Shown here piece after piece: positions 52,853-62,588 of a DNA stretch of 64,000 nucleotides (its first letter is position 1; every line of letters starts with the position of its first letter). Source of the DNA: an uncultured Gemmatimonadales bacterium (lineage in GTDB: Bacteria > Gemmatimonadota > Gemmatimonadetes > Gemmatimonadales > GWC2-71-9); contig CAVSQW010000015.1 in NCBI GenBank assembly GCA_963730185.1, positions 480,001 to 544,000 on the forward strand. The letters run 5' to 3'. Position numbers and translations under genes: made by a program. The notes under the pieces were generated by a model, which worked only from the letters and a program-made list of their open reading frames with translations, was not told the DNA's origin and searched no databases.

Positions 52853-53598
52853 TTTCGTTGGCAGGCAAGTCGGTGTTGGTGACGGGGGGCTCGCGAGGGA
52901 TCGGACGGGAGACGGCGCTGATGTGCGCCCGGGCCGGGGCCAACGTGGGGGTGACCTATCACACCCGCGCGGCGGACGCCGAGGCGGTGGCCAAGCAGGT
53001 GCGGTCGATGGGCCGCAAGGCGTACGCGGGCGGGGGCGACCTCAGCGATCCGTCCGTGGTGGATCAGATCTTCCGGGAGACGAAGGCGGCGTTCGGCGGG
53101 CTCGACGGCTTCGTCGCCAACGCCGGCGTCTGGCCGCCGGACGAGGTGCCCCTGGTCGCGATGACCGACGCGCGCTGGAGCTCCACCATCAGGCAGAACC
53201 TCGACGCGGTGTTCCTGACCACCCGGGCGGCGCTCAAGCTGATCCGTCCGGGCGGCTCGGTGGTGCTGGTGTCGAGCACCGCCGGCCAGCGGGGCGAGGC
53301 CTACCACGCCGACTATGCCGCGACCAAGGGCGCCTTGATCGCGATGACCAAGTCGCTCTGCGTGGAATGCGGGCCGGACGTCCGGGTCAACTGCGTCGCC
53401 CCGGGTTGGGTCGACACGGAGATGAGCGCCGGCTCGCTCGCGACCGATCGGGCCCGGATTGAGGCAACCATTCCGCTCGGCCGGGTGCCACCCGCCGAGG
53501 ATCTGGCCGGGCCGATCCTGTTCATGTTGAGCGATCTGGCCCGGCACGTGACGGGCGAGGTGCTCAACGTCAACGGGGGGAGCGTTCTCTGTGGGTGA
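52849..53598 (+). CDS. Short-chain dehydrogenase/reductase (FabG-like)
   Basis: VTGGSRGIG, NAG, YAATK, VNCVAPGWVDT. Confidence 0.9.
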   Translation: MISLAGKSVLVTGGSRGIGRETALMCARAGANVGVTYHTRAADAEAVAKQVRSMGRKAYAGGGDLSDPSVVDQIFRETKAAFGGLDGFVANAGVWPPDEVPLVAMTDARWSSTIRQNLDAVFLTTRAALKLIRPGGSVVLVSSTAGQRGEAYHADYAATKGALIAMTKSLCVECGPDVRVNCVAPGWVDTEMSAGSLATDRARIEATIPLGRVPPAEDLAGPILFMLSDLARHVTGEVLNVNGGSVLCG

Positions 53599-53658
53599 GT
53601 GGTGAGTGGTGAGTGGTGATTGGGGAGTTGGGAGGGAATGGGGGGTAGTGAGTGGGGG
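53595..53658 (+). repeat. Solo G-rich heptamer arm starting at the SDR stop codon
   Basis: GTGAGTG x3 GTGATTG GGGAGTT GGGA GGGAATG GGGGGTA GTGAGTG. Confidence 0.85.
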
Positions 53659-53702
53659 AACCGCGCGAGGGGGGATGTGGTCTCAGGCGAGCGCGAGGAC
53701 AG

Positions 53703-54887
53703 GTGAAGGGGGGGCGGCTCGAGCGGCTGGACCTTCCCGACGAGGTGGTCGAGATTGCGAGCCGGCTCGAACGGGCCGGCTTCGAAACGTGGTGCGTCGG
53801 CGGCGCGATTCGTGACGCGGTGCTGGGCCAGGGCAAGGCCGACGTCGACCTGGCCACGTCGGCCACGCCGGAGGACGTCCAGCGGATCTTCCGCCGCACC
53901 GTCGCGGTGGGGCTCAAGTTCGGGACGGTGGGCGTCCTGGACCGGAACCGCCAGCTCCACGAGGTGACCACCTTCCGGCGCGACGTGGCCACCGACGGGC
54001 GGCACGCGGTGGTGGAGTACGGCGTGTCGCTCGACGACGACCTGGCCCGGCGCGATCTGACCATCAACGCGATCGCCTACCATCCCCTCGATTACCGGTG
54101 GCGGGACCCATTCCACGGGATCGACGACCTCGAGGCCGGGCTGGTCCGCGCCGTGGGCGATCCGGTCCACCGGTTTCGGGAGGACTATCTCCGAATTCTC
54201 CGGGCCATGCGGTTCGCCACCCGGCTCGGTTTCACCATCCATCCGGCCACTTGGGAGGCCGCCCGGGCCGAGGTGGAGGGCCTGCGCCGACTCTCGGCGG
54301 AGCGGGTCCGGGACGAGTGGTTCCGGAGCCTCGAATCGGCCCGCTCCCTCCGGCGCCTGGTGACGCTTTGGCACGAGTCGGGTGCCGCCCGGGTACTGCT
54401 GCCGGAGCTGTTGCCCCCGTTTCCGCTCGCCGTCGACGCGCCCGACGAGCGCGATCCGCTCCTCCTGACGGCGGCGCTCTGCGAGGATCCGTGCGCCGTG
54501 GTACGCCGGTTGAAATGCTCCAATGCCGAGGTCTCCCGGGTGGAACGGTACACCAGGCCCGATCCCTCCCCCGACGGGGCCGACGTCCGGTCGGTGCGCC
54601 GCTGGCTGGCGTCCGCGGGCGTGGCGGCCGACGATCTCCTGGCGGTGCACCGTCTCCGAACCGGCCGGCCCGCCGACTGGGCGGCCGCGGTGGCCGAGAT
54701 CAGGGCCCGGGGCGAGCCGCTCGGGCGGGGTGATCTGGCGGTCACCGGGACGGACCTCCAGGCCGCGGGCGTGCCGCCGGGGCCGGCCGTGGGCCGGGTG
54801 CTGGGCGAGCTGCTCGATCAGGTGCTCGACGATCCGTCGCTCAACCGCCGCGAGGTCCTCCTGGCCCGCGCCCGAGAGCTCGCATGA
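53703..54887 (+). CDS. cca: CCA tRNA nucleotidyltransferase (class II)
   Basis: VGGAIRD, DVDLAT, RRDLTINA, FREDYLRILRAMRF, LSAERV; no HD domain seen. Confidence 0.88.
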   Translation: MKGGRLERLDLPDEVVEIASRLERAGFETWCVGGAIRDAVLGQGKADVDLATSATPEDVQRIFRRTVAVGLKFGTVGVLDRNRQLHEVTTFRRDVATDGRHAVVEYGVSLDDDLARRDLTINAIAYHPLDYRWRDPFHGIDDLEAGLVRAVGDPVHRFREDYLRILRAMRFATRLGFTIHPATWEAARAEVEGLRRLSAERVRDEWFRSLESARSLRRLVTLWHESGAARVLLPELLPPFPLAVDAPDERDPLLLTAALCEDPCAVVRRLKCSNAEVSRVERYTRPDPSPDGADVRSVRRWLASAGVAADDLLAVHRLRTGRPADWAAAVAEIRARGEPLGRGDLAVTGTDLQAAGVPPGPAVGRVLGELLDQVLDDPSLNRREVLLARARELA

Positions 54888-55600
54888 GCGCCGTGCTGCT
54901 GGCCGCCACGGCGGCTCTGGGGGTCGTCCTCGGCGCGCTGGCGGTGCTGACCGGTGGCAAAGGGCGGGTCCACGCGATCGACGCCACGGTCGGGTTCGGC
55001 GCGGGGTTCATCTTGAGCCTGGTGATCCTGGCCCTGGTGCCCGAGGTCGTGGAGAAGGCCGGACCGCATGGCGTGGCCGCAATCTTGGTGGGCTATCTGC
55101 TGGTCCTGGTGGCGCAGCAGTTCATCGCCCCGCACTTCCACTTCGGCGAGGAGCGGCACCGGGTGAGCCGGGTGGCGGCGATGAGCGCCGTCTTCGCGTT
55201 GGGGCTCCATTCGCTGTTCGACGGGGTGGGGATCGGGAGCGGACTGGTCGTAGCGCCGGCGCTGGGCGTGCTCTACTTCGCGGGCGTGGCGCTCCACAAG
55301 CTGCCGGAGGGGGTGACGGTGGCGAGCCTGATGGTGGCGGCGGGTTGGGGCCGAAAGGGGATCGGGGTCGCGGTCGCGGTCGTGGCCCTGGCGACGCCGC
55401 TCGGCGCCCTGATCGCGCACCTGGCCCGGGGCGCCGCCCCGCTGGGCCTCGGGCTGGCGGCGGGGACGGCGCTCTACGTGTCGGCCTCGAATCTGGTGCC
55501 GGAGATGGAGAGCCGGGGGCGGAAGACGATGGTCCTCACCCTGCTGGGCGGGGTGGCCGTCTTCCTGGTGGTGCGAGCCTTCATCGGGTCGGGCGGATGA
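54884..55600 (+). CDS. ZIP family metal transporter
   Basis: HFHFGEE loop, LHSLFDG, ALHKLPEG, multiple TMs. Confidence 0.88.
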   Translation: MSAVLLAATAALGVVLGALAVLTGGKGRVHAIDATVGFGAGFILSLVILALVPEVVEKAGPHGVAAILVGYLLVLVAQQFIAPHFHFGEERHRVSRVAAMSAVFALGLHSLFDGVGIGSGLVVAPALGVLYFAGVALHKLPEGVTVASLMVAAGWGRKGIGVAVAVVALATPLGALIAHLARGAAPLGLGLAAGTALYVSASNLVPEMESRGRKTMVLTLLGGVAVFLVVRAFIGSGG

Positions 55601-56949
55601 CGGACGACGCCTTCGAGCTGTTCGGCGTGCCGGGCCCACTGGCCGACCGGATGCGTCCCCGCACCCTGGACGAGCTGGTCGGCCAGAGGCAGTTGCTGGC
55701 GCCGGGCCAGTCGTTAGGCGAGGCGATCCGCCGCGGTGACCTCGGCAACACGATCCTCTGGGGCCCGCCCGGGACGGGCAAGACCTCCCTGGCCCGGCTG
55801 GTGGCCCAGCACGCGGGCCGCGAGTTCGTGGCCTTCAGCGCGGTGACGGAGGGCGTCTCCCGGGTCCGGGAGATCATCCGCGAGGCCGACGCCCGTCGTC
55901 GTACCGGCCGGGGGACGATTCTCTTCTGCGACGAGATCCACCGGTTCAACCGGGCGCAACAGGACGCCTTCCTGCCCCACGTGGAGCGGGGCACCATCAC
56001 CCTGATCGGCGCCACCACCGAAAACCCCAGCTTCAGCCTGAACGGCGCCCTGCTGTCGCGGTGCCGGGTGTTCGTGCTCGAGCCGCTCGACGCCGAGGCG
56101 CTGGCCGGGCTCCTGACCCGGGCCTTGCGCGATCGGGATCGCGGGTTGGGGTCCCTCGAGGTGACGGCCGAGCCGGACGCCCTCCAACGGATCGCCGAGC
56201 AGGCCGACGGCGATGCCCGCCAGGCGCTCACCGTGCTCGAGGCGGCCGCGACCCACGTCGGGAAGGGCGGCCGGATCACCGCCGATCTGCTCCCGACGGT
56301 GCTGGCCCGGCGGATGCCGCGGTACGACCGGGCCGGCGAGGAGCATTTCAACCTCCTCTCGGCCTACCACAAGTCGCTCCGGGGCAGCGATCCCGACGGC
56401 GCGCTCTACTGGATGGCGCGGATGCTCGAGGGGGGCGAGGACCCGCGGGTGCTCTTCCGGCGAGCCATTGCCATGGCGGCCGAGGACGTGGGGTTGGCCG
56501 ATCCCAACGCGCTCCGGTTGGCGGTGGCGGCGCACCAGGCGTACGAGTTCCTGGGCCCGCCGGAGGGGTATCTCCCTCTGGCCGAGATGACGATCTACCT
56601 GGCGACGGCGCCCAAGTCGAACAGCACGGTCAAGGCGCTCCACGCCGCGCTGGACCTTGCCCGGGAGACGCCGGCCGCCGGGGTGCCGATGCACCTCCGG
56701 AACGCGCCGACCTCGCTGATGAAGGAGCTGGGCTACGGCAAGGGCTATCAGTACGCCCACGCCCATCCCGGCCATTTCGCCGTCCAGGACCATCTCCCGG
56801 ACGAGCTCAGGGGCCGGGTCCTGTTCGAGCCGGGAGAGCTTGGCGCGGAGCGGAAGGTGAAGGAGCGGGTGGAATGGATCAGGGGGAGACGGGGAGAGGC
56901 GGGGGGAGATGGGGAGGGACGGGGAGGGATGGGGAGAGACGGCGATTAG
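55597..56949 (+). CDS. rarA: Replication-associated recombination protein RarA/MgsA
   Basis: PLADRMRP, WGPPGTGKT, DEIHRFNRAQQD, GATTENPSF, KSLRGSDPD, APKSN, VPMHLRNAPT. Confidence 0.95.
   Translation: MTDDAFELFGVPGPLADRMRPRTLDELVGQRQLLAPGQSLGEAIRRGDLGNTILWGPPGTGKTSLARLVAQHAGREFVAFSAVTEGVSRVREIIREADARRRTGRGTILFCDEIHRFNRAQQDAFLPHVERGTITLIGATTENPSFSLNGALLSRCRVFVLEPLDAEALAGLLTRALRDRDRGLGSLEVTAEPDALQRIAEQADGDARQALTVLEAAATHVGKGGRITADLLPTVLARRMPRYDRAGEEHFNLLSAYHKSLRGSDPDGALYWMARMLEGGEDPRVLFRRAIAMAAEDVGLADPNALRLAVAAHQAYEFLGPPEGYLPLAEMTIYLATAPKSNSTVKALHAALDLARETPAAGVPMHLRNAPTSLMKELGYGKGYQYAHAHPGHFAVQDHLPDELRGRVLFEPGELGAERKVKERVEWIRGRRGEAGGDGEGRGGMGRDGD
56881..56940 (+). repeat. Six G-rich decamers (approx. 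GGGGAGRGAY) in the 3' end of rarA
   Basis: AGGGGGAGAC GGGGAGAGGC GGGGGGAGAT GGGGAGGGAC GGGGAGGGAT GGGGAGAGAC; reverse complement of the decamer before alaS. Confidence 0.85.
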
Positions 56950-56996
56950 GTTTCGGGTGGTCGAACTCAAGAACGGGGTGTCTCATCGCACGAGAG

Positions 56997-58253
56997 ATGA
57001 TCGACGTCGCGCCGCCGGTTGACCGGGCGGTCCTGGTTGGCGCGCCGCGGAAGGGGAGCCCGGACGCGGGGATGCTGGCGGAGCATCTCGCGGAGCTGGG
57101 ACGGCTGGTGGATACCGCGGGCGCGGAGGTGGTGGGGACGCTGTCGCAGCAGGTCGCGTCACCCAACCCGGCCACGCTGATCGGCGAAGGCAAGGTCGAG
57201 GAGCTCCGCGAGCTCCTCACCCGGTCGAACGCCAACTTGGTGATCTTCGACGAGGAGCTTAGCCCGGTGCAGGGGGCGAGCCTCGAGCGCGAGCTCAAGA
57301 CCCGGGTGATGGATCGGGCCGAGGTCATTCTCGACATCTTCTCGACCCGGGCCCGAACCGCGGAGGCCAAGGTGCAGGTCGAGCTGGCCCAGCTCGAATA
57401 CCTGCTCCCCCGCCTGGCCCGGATGTGGACCCACCTTTCCCGGATCCGGGGCGGCATCGGGCTGCGGGGCCCGGGCGAAACGCAGCTCGAGACCGATCGC
57501 CGGATGATCCGGCGGAAGATCCAGCATCACCGGGCCAAGCTGCAGGACGTGGAGCGACACCGGGAGCTGGTCCGCTCGGGCCGACAGACGCTTCCCAGCG
57601 TGGCGCTGGTAGGCTACACCAACGCGGGCAAGTCGAGCGTGCTTCGGGGGCTCACCGGCGAGAAGGACATCTTCGTCGAGGACCGCCTCTTCGCGACCCT
57701 CGACACCCTGACCCGCGAAGTGGACCTGGGCGACGGGCTTCGGGTTCGGGTCACCGACACCGTGGGATTCATCCGGAAGCTTCCTCACCATCTGGTGGCG
57801 AGCTTTCGAGCCACCCTCGAGGAGGCCCGCGAGGCGGATGGGCTGCTCCACGTGGTGGATGCCAGTCATCCCGAGTGGGAGGAGCAGGTCGAGGTCGTGG
57901 AGGAGGTGCTGGGGGAGCTGGAGATCGGCGACCGGCCGGTGCTCATGGTCTTCAACAAGTCCGACCAGCTCTCCGATCCGGACGAGTTCCGGGCCCGGAT
58001 CGAGGCGTTCCACGAACGCGCGGTGCTCACCTCGGCCGTCGAGCCAGGCGGACTGGACACCCTCCGTGCCGCGCTCAAGGACCTGGCCCGCGAGACCCGG
58101 CCCGTGATCCGGCTGGTGGTGCCCGCCACCGACGGCAAGCGGATCGCCGCGGTCTACCGGGCGGGCGAGGTGGTGTCGCGGGAGGATACGCCGGAGGGCG
58201 TCGCGCTGACGGTTCGGATGGAGCCCTGGCGGGCCAAGCAGCTGGAAGGCTGA
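56997..58253 (+). CDS. hflX: GTPase HflX
   Basis: QVELAQLEYLLPRL, RGPGETQLETDRR, VGYTNAGKS, LFATLD, DTVGFI, NKSD. Confidence 0.96.
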   Translation: MIDVAPPVDRAVLVGAPRKGSPDAGMLAEHLAELGRLVDTAGAEVVGTLSQQVASPNPATLIGEGKVEELRELLTRSNANLVIFDEELSPVQGASLERELKTRVMDRAEVILDIFSTRARTAEAKVQVELAQLEYLLPRLARMWTHLSRIRGGIGLRGPGETQLETDRRMIRRKIQHHRAKLQDVERHRELVRSGRQTLPSVALVGYTNAGKSSVLRGLTGEKDIFVEDRLFATLDTLTREVDLGDGLRVRVTDTVGFIRKLPHHLVASFRATLEEAREADGLLHVVDASHPEWEEQVEVVEEVLGELEIGDRPVLMVFNKSDQLSDPDEFRARIEAFHERAVLTSAVEPGGLDTLRAALKDLARETRPVIRLVVPATDGKRIAAVYRAGEVVSREDTPEGVALTVRMEPWRAKQLEG

Positions 58254-58263
58254 CCGGGCGGCC

Positions 58264-59289
58264 TCACATCGGCCAGCGCCGCTCGACCCACCCGTAGGCC
58301 GCCGCCGCCGCGAGGCCCGCGACCGCCAGGCCGGCCCAGGGTGGGATTGGCCCGGCGGTCACGGCCAGGGCCACCGCCCCGAAGCCCAGGTCGAGCCCCA
58401 CCACCAGCCGGGTGACGTCCCGGTGCCCCACGCCGCCCAGCGCGGCCCGCTGATAGGCATGCGAGCGGTGCGCCTGGTACCACACCTCCCGGCGCCCGAT
58501 CCGGCGGAGCAGGGTCACGGTCGCGTCGAAGAGGAACGCCATCAGGAGGATCGCCCAGAGCAGCGCGGACGGGCCCGGCCTGGCCGTCGAGGCGACCGCG
58601 ATCACCCCGAAGCCGAATCCCAGGAAGCCGCTTCCGACGTCGCCCATGAAGATCTTGGCCGGTGGCCAGTTCCACCCCAGGAACCCGGCCGAGGCCGCGG
58701 CCAACACCGCGCTCGCGAACCCGATCGCCGGAGCGCCGAGCATCAGGCCCAGGCCCGCGCCGAAGCCGCCCACCAGCAGGCCCTCCGCCCCGGCGAGCCC
58801 GTCGATCCCATCCATGAAGTTGTAGAGGTTGGTGAGCCAGACGACTCCCAGAATCTGCCCGAACACCCGGACCAGGCCGAGCCGGCCGAGGCCCGGCCCG
58901 GTCAGCTCGGGCCAGGTCAGCCAGCCGACCGCCCACCCGGCGGCGGCCAGCTGGGCGGCGAACCGGACCACGGGACGGAGATCGGTGCGGTCGTCGACCC
59001 ATCCGACCGCCGCGACCAGCGCCCCGCCGAGCCCGGCCGCCAGGAGGAGACGGAGGTCGAGCCAGCCGAGCGCGGCACCGCCGGTCCAGGCGACGAGCGT
59101 GGCGACGACCAGCGCCAGGCCTCCCCCGCGGGGGGTGGGCCGGGTATGGGCGCTCCGCTGGTTCGGGACGTCGAGGACACCGTGCGCGAGAGCGAAGCGG
59201 CGGACCCGGCCGGTGAGCAGCGCGGCCAGCGGGGCGGCGACGGCGGCGCCCGCCAGGGCGGCGGGAAGTCCGTCGGCGAGCGGCCTCAC
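58264..59289 (-). CDS. MraY/WecA-like UDP-N-acetylhexosamine-1-phosphate transferase (WbpL type)
   Basis: DVPNQRSAH..PTPRGGG, GWVDD, NLYNFMDGIDG, PPAKIFMGDVGS, HRSHAYQR. Confidence 0.92.
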   Translation of the reverse strand: MRPLADGLPAALAGAAVAAPLAALLTGRVRRFALAHGVLDVPNQRSAHTRPTPRGGGLALVVATLVAWTGGAALGWLDLRLLLAAGLGGALVAAVGWVDDRTDLRPVVRFAAQLAAAGWAVGWLTWPELTGPGLGRLGLVRVFGQILGVVWLTNLYNFMDGIDGLAGAEGLLVGGFGAGLGLMLGAPAIGFASAVLAAASAGFLGWNWPPAKIFMGDVGSGFLGFGFGVIAVASTARPGPSALLWAILLMAFLFDATVTLLRRIGRREVWYQAHRSHAYQRAALGGVGHRDVTRLVVGLDLGFGAVALAVTAGPIPPWAGLAVAGLAAAAAYGWVERRWPM

Positions 59290-59296
59290 CGCCGTC

Positions 59297-60373
59297 TCAT
59301 CCGTCGGCGCGGGGCCGGCGGGCGGGCCGGAGCAGGCGCCAGGGGCGCCGGAGATCCCGGGCCAGATCGGCGGTGAGGGTGCGGAAGGTCTCCGCCTCGG
59401 GGCCGCCGGAGCCGGGGCCGCCACCGGCCGCCTGGCGGATCAGGGTGATCGAGGCGCCGAAGATGAAGCCGGCGAGCACGGCGATGATGCCCTTGCCGAC
59501 CACGCCGCGCGAATCCGGCCGGACCGGCGGCTCCGGATGCTCGAGCACGGTGATCACCGGGGTATCGCGAACCTCGTCGATCTTCGCCTGCTCGTACGCT
59601 TGCACGACGTTGGTGTAAAGGGTCTGCTGAACCGTCACCGCCCGGGCCAGGCGATCGTGCTGGAACTGAAGCTCGGGCGAATCGCGGAGGGTCCGGTTCC
59701 GTTCCAGGAAGCGCTCCAGTTGGTCCTCGGCCGCGCGGAGATCCTGCTGAACCGCCGCCAGCCGCCCCGCCAGGAACTGCCGTTCGCTCCGAACCCGGCT
59801 CCGGCGGGTGGCGAGGTTGAACTCGTTCACCAGCTCGAGCAGTCGGGCTCCGACCCCGGCGGCGACGTCGGGCGAGTGGAGCGAGACCTGGATGGTGACG
59901 ACGCTGGTCTTGGGGCTGGCGGAGACCGAGACGTCGCCGGCCAGGTGGGTGATGGCGGCGTCGCGCCGGAGCGGGGGTGAGTCGCCCTTGGTCTCGAAAT
60001 AGTCGACCAGCCGCACCGCCGTGTCGCCGCTCGCCACCACCGGTCCACTGTCGACCACGGCGCCGAGGATGGCCCGCGACTGGAGCAGGTCGACGTAGAA
60101 GCTCGGACTCTCGCCGGCGTCCTCGCCGGGGACGGGAATTCCGAACTGGGACGCGATGGCCGAGAGCCCCGAGCTGGCCTTACCGCCCTGGGGGATGAAC
60201 GAGGCCGTGGCGGTCCAGGTCCGCCGGGAGAGCAGGGTCACCGTCGCCACCAGCACCACGGCAACCAGCACGCACCAGGTGATGGTCGCCCGGCCGCGGA
60301 GGAGGGCGTTCACCAGGCCGAGGAGTGACACCTCGTCGTCCTCGCGGGCGGGGGCGTCGGGTCGGTCGGTCAT
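59297..60373 (-). CDS. Polysaccharide chain-length determinant (Wzz/GNVR family)
   Basis: DEVSL N-terminus, two TMs flanking a coiled coil, Pro-rich motif VLEHPEPP..P before TM2. Confidence 0.8.
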   Translation of the reverse strand: MTDRPDAPAREDDEVSLLGLVNALLRGRATITWCVLVAVVLVATVTLLSRRTWTATASFIPQGGKASSGLSAIASQFGIPVPGEDAGESPSFYVDLLQSRAILGAVVDSGPVVASGDTAVRLVDYFETKGDSPPLRRDAAITHLAGDVSVSASPKTSVVTIQVSLHSPDVAAGVGARLLELVNEFNLATRRSRVRSERQFLAGRLAAVQQDLRAAEDQLERFLERNRTLRDSPELQFQHDRLARAVTVQQTLYTNVVQAYEQAKIDEVRDTPVITVLEHPEPPVRPDSRGVVGKGIIAVLAGFIFGASITLIRQAAGGGPGSGGPEAETFRTLTADLARDLRRPWRLLRPARRPRADG

Positions 60374-61611
60374 GAGGCTCCTCCGGGGATACGGGGCCGC
60401 TCGATCACGTCGCACAGCTCGGCCGTCAGTCGGGCCCGGCTCAACCGATCGGCGATGACGGCCTGCGCCCGCCGTCCCATCGCCTCCAACTCGGCCCGCG
60501 ACCGCTCGCGGATCCGGCGAATGGCCGCCACGGTGCCGTCCACGTCGCCGTGGGTCAGGTGCCAGCCGATCTCGTCCCGGGCGACCAGGTCGGCCAGATG
60601 GCTCTCCGCCGGACCAAAGAGGAGGATCGGGCGGGCCACGGCCATCGCGCCATACACCTTGCAGGGGTGGACGATGCCGACCATCGTGTCGCCGATCGTC
60701 ACCGCGTGCAGGTCGGCCGCCGAGAGCGACTCCCGGAGCCCGCTGAGGGGCTGGTAGGGGAGTGAGCGCACGTTGGGCGACCGGTTCTCCTGCACCTCGC
60801 GCTTCCCGATCCCGCCCCCGACGAAGAGGAAGACCAGCCCCTCGTCGTCGGCCAGCACCTCGGCCGCCCGAAGCAGGGTCGTCAGCGGGTTGGCCGGGCT
60901 GTGGTTACCGCTGTACATGACCACGAACCGACCCTCGAGCCCGTGGGCCCGCCGAAAGGTATTCGCCGAGTGGTCGATCGGCGCGGCCACGTCGTCGAGC
61001 GGCCAGGGCGGAAGAACGGTGATCCGGGGCTCGACCGAGGGGAGCTTCGCGACGACCCGCCGGGCCATGAAGCGGTCGAGCACGACCACGTCGTCGGCCC
61101 GGGCCAGTACCCGCCGGTTGAGCGCGTCGAAGGCGCGGACCGCCGGCGAGCCCTGGCGGGCCAGCCCCAGGGCGACCGCCTGGTCCGGGTTGAGGTCCAT
61201 GATCCAGTACTTCACCGCCACCTTCCGGAACCAGCCGATCACCAGCGCCGCGATGCCGCCCATCGGCGGCGAGGTGGTCACGACCACCGTCCCGAGGTCG
61301 GGCGTCCGGAGGCCGACGACGATCGCCTGGGCCAGGAAGAAGAGGCCGCCGAGGACCCGGACCGGGAGCGACCGCTTGCCGAACGACGCCCAGGGTACCC
61401 GCCGCACCTCCACCCCGTCGGTCGTCTCCCGGGCCGGGTAGCGGACCCCGGGATCGTCGTACCCGCGTCCCGACGTCACGACCAGCACGCGGTGGCCCCG
61501 GCGGGCCAGCTCCGCCGCCGCACCGGCCACGTGCTGCCCGACGCTCGCGGGGTCGGGCGGGTAGACCTGCGAGACGAACAGGATCGTCGACCGCCGGGCT
61601 CCATCGGTCAC
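60370..61611 (-). CDS. Glycosyltransferase family 4 (WbuB-like)
   Basis: FVSQVYPPD, TTSPP, MDLNPD, MYSGN, PCKVYGAMA. Confidence 0.88.
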   Translation of the reverse strand: MTDGARRSTILFVSQVYPPDPASVGQHVAGAAAELARRGHRVLVVTSGRGYDDPGVRYPARETTDGVEVRRVPWASFGKRSLPVRVLGGLFFLAQAIVVGLRTPDLGTVVVTTSPPMGGIAALVIGWFRKVAVKYWIMDLNPDQAVALGLARQGSPAVRAFDALNRRVLARADDVVVLDRFMARRVVAKLPSVEPRITVLPPWPLDDVAAPIDHSANTFRRAHGLEGRFVVMYSGNHSPANPLTTLLRAAEVLADDEGLVFLFVGGGIGKREVQENRSPNVRSLPYQPLSGLRESLSAADLHAVTIGDTMVGIVHPCKVYGAMAVARPILLFGPAESHLADLVARDEIGWHLTHGDVDGTVAAIRRIRERSRAELEAMGRRAQAVIADRLSRARLTAELCDVIERPRIPGGAS

Positions 61612-62588
61612 CCGCCGTACTTCTCCAGGTACTGCCCCTCGATCCACCGATAGGTCTTCTCCATTCCCTCGCGGAGCGGAATGGAGGGCTCCCAGCCGAG
61701 CTTGGCCTCGATCAAGGTGTTGTCGGAGTTCCGGCCCATTACGCCCTTGGGCTGGTCGAGCTGGTACCGGCGCTCGAGCTTCACGCCGGCGATGTCCTCC
61801 GCGATGTCCACCAGCTGGTTGATGGTCACCAGCTCGCTGGAGCCGAGGTTGATGGGTTCGAGGATGTCGCTGGCGAGAATGTCGCGGGTACCCTTGACGC
61901 AGTCGTCGATGTACATGAAGGAGCGGGTCTGATGACCGTCTCCCCAGATCTCGATCCGGCCGGTCTTGCGGTGCTTGGCGTCGACCACCTTCCGGCAGAT
62001 GGCGGCGGGCGCCTTCTCGCGGCCGCCCTCCCAGGTCCCGTTGGGGCCGTAAACGTTGTGATAGCGTGCCACCCGGGTGGCCAGCCCGAAGTCTTCCCGG
62101 AAGTGCCGGCACATTCGCTCGGAAAAGAGCTTCTCCCAGCCGTAGCCGTCCTCCGGCATGGCAGGATAGGCGTCCTCCTCACGAAGGGCGGGGACGTCGG
62201 GGCGGGTCTGCTTGTCGGCCGCGTAGACGCAGGCCGAGGACGAGTAGAAGAACCGCTCGACCCGGTGCGCCTGCGCGGCCTGGAGCATGTGGGTGTTGAT
62301 CAGCACCGACAGCATGCAGAGCGCCTTGTTGTGCTCGATGAAGCCGATCCCGCCCATGTCGGCGGCCAGCTGGTAGACCTGCCCGGCGTCGCGGCAGGCG
62401 GCGTCGCACGCGGGACGGAGCCGGAGATCGGCGACGACGTTCTCGACGCCGGGCACGGTCTGGCTCCACTCCCCCAGCGGCTTGACGTCGACCGCGCGAA
62501 CCGGGTGGCCGGCGGCCCGGAGCGCGGCCACCAGGTGGCCCCCAATGAAGCCGCCGCCTCCGGCGACGACGGTGATGCCCTTGCTCAT
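61608..62588 (-). CDS. NAD-dependent epimerase, GDP-mannose 3',5'-epimerase-like
   Basis: GGGGFIG, LAADMGGIGFI, YSSSAC, YGWEK, GTWEGGREKAPAAICRK, WGDG.QTRSF. Confidence 0.88.
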   Translation of the reverse strand: MSKGITVVAGGGGFIGGHLVAALRAAGHPVRAVDVKPLGEWSQTVPGVENVVADLRLRPACDAACRDAGQVYQLAADMGGIGFIEHNKALCMLSVLINTHMLQAAQAHRVERFFYSSSACVYAADKQTRPDVPALREEDAYPAMPEDGYGWEKLFSERMCRHFREDFGLATRVARYHNVYGPNGTWEGGREKAPAAICRKVVDAKHRKTGRIEIWGDGHQTRSFMYIDDCVKGTRDILASDILEPINLGSSELVTINQLVDIAEDIAGVKLERRYQLDQPKGVMGRNSDNTLIEAKLGWEPSIPLREGMEKTYRWIEGQYLEKYGG

